In this document: in pieces, positions 1 to 9,694 of the stretch
Layout: each line of letters opens with the position of its first letter
Numbering within the stretch: position 1 is the first letter of the stretch
Assembly: GCA_965220965.1 (NCBI GenBank)
Contig: OZ244852.1
Coordinates: 832,001 to 896,000 of the forward strand
Direction: 5' to 3'
From: Candidatus Marinacidobacterium sp.
GTDB lineage: Bacteria > Acidobacteriota > Vicinamibacteria > Marinacidobacterales > Marinacidobacteraceae
Length of the DNA: 64,000 nt
The notes under the pieces: model-generated
What the model saw: the letters and a program-made list of their open reading frames with translations, nothing else
The model's database searches: none
What the model was told of the DNA's origin: nothing
Translations under genes and position numbers: made by a program

Positions 1-2
1 CC

Positions 3-440
3 GAGATTCCCGAGCCGCTCATCGAGGTCGAACAGCACGGGGCGTTTTTCCGCTTCGCCACCCGCTTCGCACCGGCGGACGGGAGGGGTGCGGTCGATGG
101 CGCCGGCGTCCGTCCGGACGAACTCCAGGCGCGCGGCGATCAGATCCGGTCGGTGGACCAGGATTTTCGCGCCGATGACGCGACGCTCGAGGAGTTCTTC
201 CAGTTTCTCCTCGAGGAGGAGATCCCCCACGACCGCGCCGGTCTCGAGGACCACCGTGACCGCATCGCGCTCCGCATCGACTCCGAGGTACTGAGTCTCC
301 TCTGGGGACCGGGTCCGGCGCGCAGCGCCACGCTCGACCGGGACCCCCAGATCCGGGCCGCGCTCGAGGCCATGCCGCGCGCCGCGCTCCTCCTGAACGA
401 CCCCGAGGCGTTCATGGCGGGGGCGTCCGATAACCCTTAG
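3..440 (+). CDS. 5'-partial CDS, probable C-terminus of an S41 (CtpA/Prc-like) carboxyl-terminal protease
   Basis: Frame open from nt 3 (EIPEPLIEVEQHGAFFRFATRF...) to TAG at 440; tail 'DPQIRAALEAMPRAALLL' resembles S41 protease C-termini; catalytic region is outside the window. Confidence 0.5.
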   Translation, partial: EIPEPLIEVEQHGAFFRFATRFAPADGRGAVDGAGVRPDELQARGDQIRSVDQDFRADDATLEEFFQFLLEEEIPHDRAGLEDHRDRIALRIDSEVLSLLWGPGPARSATLDRDPQIRAALEAMPRAALLLNDPEAFMAGASDNP

Positions 441-450
441 GAAACACGCG

Positions 451-1758
451 GTGCGCCCGGCGCGGCTCCTGGCGGCGGCGCTGGCCGCCCTTGCGCTCTC
501 AGCCGGCCCAGCCGTGGCGTGGGCGGCCCAGTCGAGCGTCGAGGCGCTGTCCGCCCAGCTCGGCAGCAGCGACCCAAGGGTGCGCCGGGAGGCCGTCCGG
601 GCGCTCGCGGACGATCGTTCGGAGGCCGCGGTGGCTTCGCTGGGGCAGGTCGCGTCGGACTCCGACCGGGAGGTGCGGCGGGTCGCCATCGACGCGCTGA
701 CCGCGCTCCGCCGCCCCGACGCCGCGCCGGTCCTCGTCGGCTTTCTCGAGGACGAGGAGCGGGACCACCGCCGGAAAGTGGTGAGCGGCCTCGTCGCGAT
801 ATACCGGGCCGAGGCGCCTCCCGGCTTTTCGACGCGGGCGGTGAACTGGCTCATGCGGCGCGAGGCCGAGTTCGTGCTCGACCCGCTGCGGCCGGTGGAC
901 CCGGCAATCGTGGAGGCGGTCGTCGGACGACTCGGCGACGAGGACGACGAGGTGCGTCGTCGCGCGGCCGTCGGGCTGGGCGCTCTCCGCCAGGAGTCCA
1001 CCGCCGCGGCGCTGGCGCACGCCGCCTCGAACGACCCGGAGGACCGCGTGGCCCGCGAGGCGGTCCGTTCGCTCGGAGAACTGGGGACCGACGCGGCCGG
1101 CGCCCTGCTGCTCGGCTTCGTGGAGGAGGACCGGGTGCGAGAGGAAGCGCTCGCTGCGCTCGGGCGGTTCGCCTATGCCCCCGCGATCCCGAGGCTCATC
1201 CAGATCTACGACCACGATCCGGGGAATTCCAACGGACGCGCGGCGCTCGCCGCGCTCGCCCGGGCCGGGGCGCCGTTGGCGCGCGGGACCTTCTACCACG
1301 AACTCCGGAACCGGGACGCGCGTCGGCGGGCTTCCGCCGCCGCCGGCCTGGGGCGGCTCGATGACGCCTCGCTGGCCGACGGTCTGATCCGGGACTTCCT
1401 CCGCGAGGATGACCGCCGCGTGCAGCTCGCGTTCTGCTTCGCGCTGGTCCGGCTCGGCGAGACTCCGTTCATCGACCGCCTCGTGCTGTCGCTGGCCGAC
1501 TCCGACAGGGCCCCGGAGGCGCGCGACTACCTGCTCGAGCTGGGGCCCGGCGTCATCAACCAGCTCGCCGCTTACCTCGACGATCCCGATCCCGAGCTTC
1601 GCCTGGCGCTCATTGCGGTGCTGGAGCGCCTCGGAGATCCCGCGGCGGTCGCCGCGCTCTCCGGAGCGGCCGAGAGCGCGGATGACCGGACGGCGTCCCG
1701 CGCGCGCCTGGCGATCCGTCGTCTGCAGGCGTCCCCGACTCCTGACGTCGGCTCGTAG
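451..1758 (+). CDS. Exported HEAT-repeat (PBS lyase-like) protein
   Basis: Signal peptide (AVAWA) followed by many 'D.D..VRR.A..AL' HEAT units. Confidence 0.85.
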   Translation: MRPARLLAAALAALALSAGPAVAWAAQSSVEALSAQLGSSDPRVRREAVRALADDRSEAAVASLGQVASDSDREVRRVAIDALTALRRPDAAPVLVGFLEDEERDHRRKVVSGLVAIYRAEAPPGFSTRAVNWLMRREAEFVLDPLRPVDPAIVEAVVGRLGDEDDEVRRRAAVGLGALRQESTAAALAHAASNDPEDRVAREAVRSLGELGTDAAGALLLGFVEEDRVREEALAALGRFAYAPAIPRLIQIYDHDPGNSNGRAALAALARAGAPLARGTFYHELRNRDARRRASAAAGLGRLDDASLADGLIRDFLREDDRRVQLAFCFALVRLGETPFIDRLVLSLADSDRAPEARDYLLELGPGVINQLAAYLDDPDPELRLALIAVLERLGDPAAVAALSGAAESADDRTASRARLAIRRLQASPTPDVGS

Positions 1759-1869
1759 AGAGGCTCCGCCGGGGTAGGGGACCCGCCTCGGCAACAGCTT
1801 CCCGGGACCGGAAGGGCGGCAGGGCGTCCGGTACTCTCCGCCGCCGACCCGGCCCCCGGCGGAGCAACG

Positions 1870-3210
1870 ATGATCCAGCGTCTCGACCAGTACTTCCAGA
1901 TCAGCGCCCGGGGCGGCGCCTTCGGGCGCGAGGTCCTCGGCGGCGTCACGACCTTCGTGACGCTCTCCTACATCGTCCTGGTGAACCCGATCGTCCTGGG
2001 GACCACCGGGATGGATCCGGGCGCGGTGCTGGTGGCGACGGCGCTGGCGGCCGGGCTCGCCACCGCCGCCGCCGGGATCTTCGCCCGGCTCCCGGTCGCG
2101 CTGGCGCCCGGGATGGGGCTCAACTTCTTCTTCGCGTTCACGCTCTGCGCGCCGGTCGCCGCCGGCGGCTACGGCCTCACCTGGCAGCAGGCGCTGGCGG
2201 CGAGTTTCCTCGCCGGCGTGCTGTTCCTGGGCGCGACCGTGTTCCACCTGCGCTCGCGGCTGATCCGGACCGTGCCGGCGCCGCTGCGAAGCGCCATCGT
2301 GGCGGGGATCGGGCTCATGATCGCCGTCATCGGCCTGCGCTGGGCCGGCATCCTGGTCGCGACCCCGGGTTCCTATATCGGGCTTGGCGACCTTTCGGCG
2401 CCGCCGGTGGTCGCCGCCCTGGTGGGGCTGGGAGTGGGCGCCATCGCGGTCGTGCGAAAGATCCCGGGGGCGCTGATCCTCGGGGCGGGAGCCTCGGCGG
2501 CGGTCGCGGCGGGGCTCGGGCTGACCACGTTCACCGGGGTCGTCTCCGCGCCGGCGTCGCTCGCGCCGACGTTCCTGGCGCTCGACCTCGGGGGTCTGTT
2601 CGCCGCTCCCACCTGGGTTACGGCGATCATCATCCTCCTCCTCGTGGACATGTTCGACACCGTCGGGACCCTGGTGGGCGTCGGGACGCGGGCCGGCCTG
2701 ATGCGCGACGGCAGGATGGAGGGCGCCGAGGCGGCCTTCGCGGCCGACGCCGGCGGGACGGTCGCCGGGAGCCTCCTGGGGACCTCCACGGTCACGACCT
2801 ACATCGAGAGCGTCGCCGGCATCGCGGCGGGGGGCCGCACCGGGTTCGCCGCGCTCGTGACCGGCGCGCTGCTGCTGCTGTGCGTGTTCCTGAACCCGTT
2901 GCTCTCGCTGGTGGGCGGGACGCCGCTCGGGGACGAGACGATCTACCCGGTGGTGGCGCCGGTGCTCATCCTGGTCGGGGTCTTCATGATGCCGCAGATC
3001 CGCGACATCGCCTGGGACCGGCCGCTCGTCGCCATCCCGGCGTTCGTGACGGTCGCGGGCATGCCGCTCACCACGAGCATCACGACCGGGGTCAGCGCCG
3101 GCTTCATCGCCTGGTCGGCGCTCCACGTCGCGGCCGGCAAGGGGAAGCAGGTCTCCCTCGCCGTCCACGCGCTCGCGGTGGTCTTCCTCGTCCTGATGCT
3201 TCTCGAGTGA
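1870..3210 (+). CDS. NCS2/AzgA-family purine permease
   Basis: 'APGMGLNFFF', 'DMFDTVGTL', 'TTYIESVAGI..GGRTG' motifs; many TM segments; GGAG RBS. Confidence 0.92.
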   Translation: MIQRLDQYFQISARGGAFGREVLGGVTTFVTLSYIVLVNPIVLGTTGMDPGAVLVATALAAGLATAAAGIFARLPVALAPGMGLNFFFAFTLCAPVAAGGYGLTWQQALAASFLAGVLFLGATVFHLRSRLIRTVPAPLRSAIVAGIGLMIAVIGLRWAGILVATPGSYIGLGDLSAPPVVAALVGLGVGAIAVVRKIPGALILGAGASAAVAAGLGLTTFTGVVSAPASLAPTFLALDLGGLFAAPTWVTAIIILLLVDMFDTVGTLVGVGTRAGLMRDGRMEGAEAAFAADAGGTVAGSLLGTSTVTTYIESVAGIAAGGRTGFAALVTGALLLLCVFLNPLLSLVGGTPLGDETIYPVVAPVLILVGVFMMPQIRDIAWDRPLVAIPAFVTVAGMPLTTSITTGVSAGFIAWSALHVAAGKGKQVSLAVHALAVVFLVLMLLE

Positions 3211-3259
3211 AGCGCTGCGGGGCGGTCGCGGCGTCTCGCATTGCCGCCGCGAACGGGAT

Positions 3260-4702
3260 TTGAACCGCCCCGGAAACCGTGAGACGATCCCCGAAGTGAC
3301 TATCCAGGAATCCCGATCCGTCCTTCGCGTCTCCGGCTCCCCCCTTGTCGCCGGACTTGTCGCCGCCGTCCTGGTGGCGGGGACCGCCGCGGCGGAGCGC
3401 CCCTCGCGCGACCAGGTGTGGTCCGAGGTTCGGAGCGACGGAAAGTCGCTGGTCATCGGCCGTTTCGTCGGAAAGTTCGAGAGTCCCGACTTTCGTTCCC
3501 GCCGTCTCGTCGTCCGGAACCGCGACACCGGGAAGGAGGAGCGGCTCGCGATCGACGACGGCCTGGGCCTGATCCACGAGCTCGTCGAGCCCGGGGTCTA
3601 CGAAGTCCGCGCCATCGAGGCGGTCTACTTCCCGAACGTCCGCCCGATGAACCCCCGGCGGTTCCGCCCGATCCGGCAGCGCTTCGCGGTCGCTCCCCGC
3701 GCGCACGAGACGGCGGAGACGCTCATCGCCGTGCCCCAGGACCGGCCGGTCTACATCGGCACCATCCGGGCGGCGGCGGAGCGCCAGGGCATGGTCTACG
3801 AAGGGCAGAAGCTCCGCGTTCTGGACGACTTCGACGCCGCCATGGACCGGCTCTCGGTGACCTTCCCGGCGCTCGCCGCCAGCCTTTCGGAGGCGTCGGT
3901 GACCCCGCAGCGGCACTTCATGCTCCGGCCCACCCGCCCGGACCCGCCGCTCGAGATGGTCGTCGGCATGGAGGACCCGATTCGGCAGGCCCGCCAGTAC
4001 ATCGAGGACGGCAAGTTCGCCCAGGCGATCAACTGGCTCTCGACCTTCATGCCGGTCTCCGACCGCCATCGCAACGAGGTCCGGCTGCTCGTCGGGGAAG
4101 CGCACCTCGGGAGCCGCGACCTCGACCTCGCCATCGAGGAACTGGGCGAGGTGCTCCTGCAGAACCCCGCGAATCTCCGCGCCCTCCGGCTACTGGCGCG
4201 GGCCCATTCGCTGAACGGGAACCTGCTGGACGCCGAGAGCCTCTACCGCGCGCTGCTCGACCTGCGGCCGCGCGACGCGGAGGCGCACCTCCAGTTGGGA
4301 TTCCTGCATGCCCTCCGGGAGGAGGCCGCAGAGTCCGAGGCCTCGTTCGAGATCGCCTTCGAGACCGACTTCGACTACCTGATGCATGACCTCGCGCCCT
4401 TCCTGGTCGCGGTCCGGAGCAACGCCGCGGCGGAGGCCGAGTACGTCCCCGCGACTCTCAGGAGCACCGAGGTTCCGCTGCGGGGCGGTGGGGGGTCGCG
4501 CCGCTCGTCCGAGCGGGACGGCGTGATGCTGCTCATCGATCACACCGGGGACGTCAAGTCGGCCCACTTCAACCCGGAGAGCTCGAGCCGCCTCCACCAG
4601 ACGATGATGTCGCTGCTCCGCGGACGGTTCCGCCCGGCCACGCTGAACGGGATCGCCATCCCGTCCATCATGGCGTTCGGGAGCTTCACCGCGGACCCCT
4701 GA
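3260..4702 (+). CDS. TPR-repeat protein with C-terminal TonB_C-like domain (start uncertain)
   Basis: Hydrophobic signal-like N-terminus, central TPR helices (NPANLRALRLLARAH, RPRDAEAHLQLG), tail 'LLIDHTGDV...RFRPATLNGIAIP'. Confidence 0.65.
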   Translation: MNRPGNRETIPEVTIQESRSVLRVSGSPLVAGLVAAVLVAGTAAAERPSRDQVWSEVRSDGKSLVIGRFVGKFESPDFRSRRLVVRNRDTGKEERLAIDDGLGLIHELVEPGVYEVRAIEAVYFPNVRPMNPRRFRPIRQRFAVAPRAHETAETLIAVPQDRPVYIGTIRAAAERQGMVYEGQKLRVLDDFDAAMDRLSVTFPALAASLSEASVTPQRHFMLRPTRPDPPLEMVVGMEDPIRQARQYIEDGKFAQAINWLSTFMPVSDRHRNEVRLLVGEAHLGSRDLDLAIEELGEVLLQNPANLRALRLLARAHSLNGNLLDAESLYRALLDLRPRDAEAHLQLGFLHALREEAAESEASFEIAFETDFDYLMHDLAPFLVAVRSNAAAEAEYVPATLRSTEVPLRGGGGSRRSSERDGVMLLIDHTGDVKSAHFNPESSSRLHQTMMSLLRGRFRPATLNGIAIPSIMAFGSFTADP

Positions 4703-4738
4703 GGATCGCCGCCCTCTCGAGGCGCAACGCGAAGAACG

Positions 4739-4767
4739 GTCCCGTCCCGCGCGATGCGGGACGGGAC
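4739..4767. terminator. Perfect 12-bp hairpin between convergent genes, possible bidirectional terminator
   Basis: GTCCCGTCCCGC-gcgat-GCGGGACGGGAC; no clear U-tract. Confidence 0.5.
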
Positions 4768-4768
4768 G

Positions 4769-5527
4769 TCAGCGGCTGTCCAGCAGCCGGTCCACCTCGG
4801 CCTCCAGCACCGAGAACGGCTGGTCGGTGCTGGGCGCCGGATGGAGGAGGCCTTCGCGGTCGATCAGGAAGTTCGCCGGGTAGCGGGCCGTCTGGGTGAA
4901 GATGTCGGGCACGAAGCCGTCCTCCAGCGCCTCGGGGAGGAGGAGGGGGTAGTCCACCTGGACCATGTCGCGGCGGAACGTCTGCTGGACCTCCTCGTCC
5001 TCGGTGGAGATGCCGAACACCTGGAAGCCCTGATCGGCGCGTTCCTTCGCCAGCCGGTCCAGTTCGGGCATTTCGGCGCGGCAGGGTGGACACCAGGTGG
5101 CCCAGATGTTCACCAGTACGACCGAGCCGGCGTGGTCGGAGAGCCGGTGACGGTTTCCGTCGAGGTCGGCGGCGAGGAAGTCCGGGGCCGGGACCCCGGC
5201 GAGCGCCAGGTTCGCGGCCTGCCGGGCGCGGCGAACCGCGCCGCCGATCGGGGCCGCGACCAGACCGAGCGAGAGCAGCGCCACCGTGGCGCCGACCCAG
5301 CCGGCGCCGGTCATGGCGCCCGCCCGTCGGGCCTGGAGCGCGCGGCGCAGCGCGAAGACCGGGGGCAGGATCATGACCAGGGCGACGGCGGCGAGCCGGA
5401 AGAGGTAGTCCGAGTCCGGGTCCGGGCTGAGGCGGGTCAGAACCAGGTAGGTTCCGGCGCCGAGGACGGCGGCGACAAAGGGCGAGGCCAGGCCCGACCA
5501 GAGCGGAGAGGGCGCGGTTTTCGTCAT
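4769..5527 (-). CDS. Membrane-anchored TlpA/ResA-like thiol-disulfide oxidoreductase
   Basis: 'NIWATWCPPCRAEMPEL' CxxC motif; about 3 N-terminal TM helices; ATG at 5527 overlaps the upstream stop (ATGA). Confidence 0.88.
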   Translation of the reverse strand: MTKTAPSPLWSGLASPFVAAVLGAGTYLVLTRLSPDPDSDYLFRLAAVALVMILPPVFALRRALQARRAGAMTGAGWVGATVALLSLGLVAAPIGGAVRRARQAANLALAGVPAPDFLAADLDGNRHRLSDHAGSVVLVNIWATWCPPCRAEMPELDRLAKERADQGFQVFGISTEDEEVQQTFRRDMVQVDYPLLLPEALEDGFVPDIFTQTARYPANFLIDREGLLHPAPSTDQPFSVLEAEVDRLLDSR

Positions 5528-6537
5528 GGGGAAGCCTCCACGAGGTCCGCGGCCGCGTAGCGGGCGCGGATGCCAGGGACGAGATAGCGGGAGAAGAGGG
5601 TCTCCCGGTCGTGCTCCGGGGCCCAGCCGAAGTCGCGGCGGGCGGCGCTGTCGTCGACCGCCCCGGGCCAGCTCGCGACGATCCGGTCCCGCGCCTCGTC
5701 GACCGAGGAGCGCACCACGACTCCGGGAAAGTCGCGGCGGACGCGGGCGATGACCTCGTCCGCCGAGAAACTGGGGCCGCCGATGTTGTACGCGTGGCGC
5801 CGAAGATCGGCCTTGTCGGCGTCGGCGAGCTGGAGAAAGCCCCGCACCGCGTCCGGCATGGAGCAGAACGGCAGCCGGGCGTCCGCCCGCACGAAGAAGG
5901 CGTAGGGCTCCCCCCGGGCCGCGGCGTGGAGCAGTTCGGGCGCCCAGTCGCTGGTTCCGCCCTGCGGCGCGGTGTCGCAGGAGATCAGCCCCGGGAACCG
6001 GATGGCCCGGAAGTCGAGGCCGGCGCACTCGCGCTCCATCGCCGCCCCGAGCCGCTCGATGTAGAGCTTCTGGTCGCCGTAGAGCGTGATGGGATCCAGA
6101 TGGTCTCCCTCGCCGATCGCGCCCGCCTCCGCCTTGGCGGCCCGGGACCCGAATCCGTAGACCGCGATGGAACTCGGGAACAGGAAGCGGACCGGCGCAG
6201 CCGGGGTCGCGTCGCGCGCGGCCATCTCGAGCAGATGGGCCGCCCCCTCCACGTTGACCCGGTGGGCCAGCGCCGGGACGGTCTCGGCGCGGGTGGAGAG
6301 GATGGCCGCGAGGTGAAACACCGTCCGCGCCCGGTAGCGCGCGCCGAACGCCGCCCAGAGCTCCCGGTCGAGGATGTCCCCCTGGAAGTGTTCCGTCGGG
6401 AGGGCCGCGGCTGCGGCCGGCGGGGGACGCAGGTCCACCGTCACGACGGCCTCGCCCCGGGCGCGCAGCGAGGTGACCAGCGCGGTTCCGATTTCCCCGG
6501 CGGAGCCGGTGACGAGCGTGACCGCGCGGCGGCTCAT
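5524..6537 (-). CDS. Extended SDR, L-threonine 3-dehydrogenase-like NAD-dependent epimerase/dehydratase
   Basis: 'VTGSAGEIG', 'HLAAILS', 'PSSIAVYG', YxxxK (YGDQK), 'FPGLIS...GGTSD'. Confidence 0.82.
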   Translation of the reverse strand: MSRRAVTLVTGSAGEIGTALVTSLRARGEAVVTVDLRPPPAAAAALPTEHFQGDILDRELWAAFGARYRARTVFHLAAILSTRAETVPALAHRVNVEGAAHLLEMAARDATPAAPVRFLFPSSIAVYGFGSRAAKAEAGAIGEGDHLDPITLYGDQKLYIERLGAAMERECAGLDFRAIRFPGLISCDTAPQGGTSDWAPELLHAAARGEPYAFFVRADARLPFCSMPDAVRGFLQLADADKADLRRHAYNIGGPSFSADEVIARVRRDFPGVVVRSSVDEARDRIVASWPGAVDDSAARRDFGWAPEHDRETLFSRYLVPGIRARYAAADLVEASP

Positions 6538-7274
6538 GCGCCGCTCTCCTCCGACCCGGGTCGCCCCGCTTCGAGCGTCCGGCGCAGGAACGCTCCGAGA
6601 GCCCGGATTTCCTCCTCGCAGACCTCGTGACCCATGGCGTAGGAGCGGAAGTCCACGTTCCAGCCGTTCGCGCGGAGGGCGTCGCGGGTGGTGGTTCCAC
6701 CTGCGAAGGGGACGATCTCGTCGTGGAGTCCGTGCGCCAGGAAAACCGGCGCCGCCACCGGTCCGGCGGGCGCCGCTTCTTCGGGGAACGGGAGGTAGGA
6801 CGAGAGCGCGGCGAGTCCGGCGATGGCGGGCGGGGACGCGGCGTCGGGACCACGGGCGGCGGCCGCCGCGAGCGCCACCGCGCCCCCCTGCGAGAAGCCG
6901 ACGAGCGCGACCCGCTCCGGGGGGATCCCACGCTCGGCCTCGGCCGCGAGAAGAGCCCGGACCCCGGAAACGACCGCTTCCAGGTGTTCCCGGTTGAGGC
7001 GCCGCGAGTCGGCGATCGACTCGATGTCATACCAGGCGCGCATCCACATCCCGCCGTTCAGGGTGACCGGCCGGACCGGCGCCTCGGGGAACACGAAGCG
7101 GACTCCCAGTGCGGCGGGGAGGCGCAGCGCGGGCAGCACCGGGACGAAGTCCTGGCCATCGGCCCCGAGTCCATGGAGCCAGAACACGGTCGAGCGGTGG
7201 GCGCCGACCGGAGGGATCTCGACGAGATTCCACGCCGGGAGCGCGGCCGGAGCGGAAGCGGCCGTGGAGGTCAC
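6534..7274 (-). CDS. Phospholipase/carboxylesterase (alpha/beta hydrolase)
   Basis: 'WLHGLGADG', 'GFSQGG' nucleophile, 'HG..DEIVP', 'MGHEV'. Confidence 0.92.
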   Translation of the reverse strand: MTSTAASAPAALPAWNLVEIPPVGAHRSTVFWLHGLGADGQDFVPVLPALRLPAALGVRFVFPEAPVRPVTLNGGMWMRAWYDIESIADSRRLNREHLEAVVSGVRALLAAEAERGIPPERVALVGFSQGGAVALAAAAARGPDAASPPAIAGLAALSSYLPFPEEAAPAGPVAAPVFLAHGLHDEIVPFAGGTTTRDALRANGWNVDFRSYAMGHEVCEEEIRALGAFLRRTLEAGRPGSEESGA

Positions 7275-9694
7275 GCTGACTCGCTCAGGATCCGGTCGAG
7301 GACTTCGAGGTAGTGGTCGGCGTCATCGGCGCTGAAGGGCAGAGGGGGCTTGATCTTGATGACGTTCGCGTCCGCGCCGTCCGTGCTGTTCAGGATGTGC
7401 GCTCGCCGCATGCGATTCACCAGGCGGCTGGCCGTCCCGGTCGCGGGGTCGCGCGACCCGGGGTCGCTCACCAGTTCGAAACCGAGGAAGAGGCCGCGCC
7501 CCCGGACCTGCCCGATGACAGGGTACCGCTTCGCGAGTTCTTCGAGACCGGCGATGAGCCGTCCCCCGACGCGCTCGGCGTGCTCCGCCAGCCCTTCGTC
7601 CTCGAGAACGTCGAGCAACGCGAGCCCGGCGGCGCAGGAAACCGGATTGCCGCCGAAGGTGTTGAAGTACTCCATCCCGGTCTCGAACGAGCGCGCCAGC
7701 TCGCGGGTCGTCACGACCGCCCCCAGCGGGTGTCCGTTTCCGGCGGGCTTGCCCAGGGTCACGATGTCGGGAACGAGCGGCGGGGCGGCGTCCGGCGACG
7801 CCTGGACTTCGGCGAAGGCCCACATCGCGGGACCCACCCGCCCGAACCCGGTCTGGACTTCGTCGGCCACGATGACGCCGCCGGCCTCGCGGGCCGCCTG
7901 GTAGACGGCCCGCAGATACCCCGGAGGAGGAACGACCTGGCCTCCGCACCCCGGGATCGCCTCGGTGATCACCGTCGCCGCTCCCGCCTCGCTGATGCGG
8001 CGCTGCGCGTCCTCGATGAGCGAGCCGGGGAATCCGGGGTCTTCCTCGCGGAAGCGTCCGCGGAAGCCGTCGGGCAGCGGGAGCCGGTGGAGCCAGGGCG
8101 GTCCGGGCCGGCCGCCGGGGCCGTCCAGCTTGTACGGGCTGATCTCGATGAGCGAGGTGAGGTTGCCGTGGTAGGCGCCGTCGAAGACGACGGTGTCCGG
8201 GCGCCCGATCCGGCTCCTGGCGATCCGGAGCGCGAGGTCGTTCGCCTCGCTCCCGGAGTTCGTGAGGAACACGACCTCGAGCGGGTCCGGAAACGTCGCG
8301 AGCAGGCGTTCGGCGTAGTCGGTGAGCTGGCGATAGAGGTAGCGGGTGTTCGTGTTGAGCCGGGCGGCCTGGCGGGCGATCGCCTCCGCCACCCGGGGGT
8401 GGGCGTGGCCGACATGGCAGACGTTGTTCACCATGTCGAGGTAGGCGCGCCCATCCGCGTCGTAGAGCCGCGCCCCCTCGCCCCCCACCATGTGGATGGG
8501 CTCGTCGTAGGACACGCTGAGCGCCCCACTGAACCGCGCGCGCCGGCTGGCCAGGAGCGCCGCAGCGTCGGGCGCCGGCTCGCCCGGCTGCCGAGAGGAC
8601 GTTCCGGTTCCGTTGCTGGTGTGGCCCGCCGCATCGAGGAAGCGCGCGGCGGCGTCCGCTACCGTCGATCCATCGAGTTCCGCCAGCACCCGCCAGACTC
8701 CGCTCTCGCTGACCTGCAGGTCGCTCTCGCCCTCCGCGCCGGAGCCGGGACGCCGGCGGATCGCGGCGATGCCGGCGCTGACCAGCGCCCGCAAGGCGAG
8801 CGCCGTCCGGAACGCGGCCGCCTCCTCCCGCGTCAGCGGCCGCTCCCCGGCGAACCCCGCCAGAACCGAGGCGGCGGCGGTGAGGGGGCTCGCCGCGGGA
8901 CCGGCGAGATAGAGCGCCGCGGTGGCCGCCTCCACGATCCCCGGCGCCTCGAGCGCGTCCCCGAAGTCGAGCGCGGCCAGGTCTTCCGGACCGGCGTTGA
9001 CCGGCGAGCCGGCGGCCAGCAGCAGGTTGTCGTCGTTCAGGTCGTTGTGGAGCGCAGCCGGGGGAAGCTCGAGGAGACGGCCCAGATCGGAGCGGATCGA
9101 CTCCGCCACCCGGCGGTAGAGGCCGGCGCGCTCCGGGGAGGCGATGGCGGTCGCGCCGAGGGCGATGACCCGCCCGGCGTGGCGGGGGGCCCATGGAAGG
9201 TCCTGCGCTTCGAGCCCGGGATGTCGGAAGCCGGCCAGCGCGCGCTGGAGCCGCCCGGCGAACCGGCCGGCCGCCTCCAGCAGGGCGTCGGTGGGCCGAG
9301 GGAAGACCGACAGCGCGACTCCGTCCTGATGGTGGAGAAGCCGGACGGCGTGGACCCGTCCGGCGAACTCCCGGTGGACGAGGCCCTCGCCGCCGGGCGC
9401 CGGCGCGAGGCGGGGCAGGCGGAGGCGGGGATCCCGCCGCCGGGCGTGCGCCGGCATCGCCGTCTGGAGATCCAGCCGGTCGGCAATTTCCGCCGCGCCC
9501 GAGATCTTGAGTACGAACCGCTCCCCGGACGCGGAGGTCAGGAGGAAGTTCCGGTCGCGCTCGCCGGAGAGAGGGGTCGCCTCCGCTTCGATGCCCCAGA
9601 CCTCGCGGACGACCGCGGCCGCTCCGGCGGGATCGAGCGACGGACGTCCGGAGACCGGGTCGAGGAGCGACAGGGGGTCGGCCGGCGACGTCAT
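7271..9694 (-). CDS. APH-like kinase fused to class III aminotransferase-family phospho-lyase (hydroxylysine kinase / phosphohydroxylysine lyase-like)
   Basis: Kinase motifs 'GERDRNF','HNDLNDDNLL','LDFGD'; PLP domain 'NNVCHVGH','NSGSEAND','DEVQTGFGR','TLGKPAGNG'; ATG at 9694 overlaps the ALDH stop. Confidence 0.85.
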   Translation of the reverse strand: MTSPADPLSLLDPVSGRPSLDPAGAAAVVREVWGIEAEATPLSGERDRNFLLTSASGERFVLKISGAAEIADRLDLQTAMPAHARRRDPRLRLPRLAPAPGGEGLVHREFAGRVHAVRLLHHQDGVALSVFPRPTDALLEAAGRFAGRLQRALAGFRHPGLEAQDLPWAPRHAGRVIALGATAIASPERAGLYRRVAESIRSDLGRLLELPPAALHNDLNDDNLLLAAGSPVNAGPEDLAALDFGDALEAPGIVEAATAALYLAGPAASPLTAAASVLAGFAGERPLTREEAAAFRTALALRALVSAGIAAIRRRPGSGAEGESDLQVSESGVWRVLAELDGSTVADAAARFLDAAGHTSNGTGTSSRQPGEPAPDAAALLASRRARFSGALSVSYDEPIHMVGGEGARLYDADGRAYLDMVNNVCHVGHAHPRVAEAIARQAARLNTNTRYLYRQLTDYAERLLATFPDPLEVVFLTNSGSEANDLALRIARSRIGRPDTVVFDGAYHGNLTSLIEISPYKLDGPGGRPGPPWLHRLPLPDGFRGRFREEDPGFPGSLIEDAQRRISEAGAATVITEAIPGCGGQVVPPPGYLRAVYQAAREAGGVIVADEVQTGFGRVGPAMWAFAEVQASPDAAPPLVPDIVTLGKPAGNGHPLGAVVTTRELARSFETGMEYFNTFGGNPVSCAAGLALLDVLEDEGLAEHAERVGGRLIAGLEELAKRYPVIGQVRGRGLFLGFELVSDPGSRDPATGTASRLVNRMRRAHILNSTDGADANVIKIKPPLPFSADDADHYLEVLDRILSESA

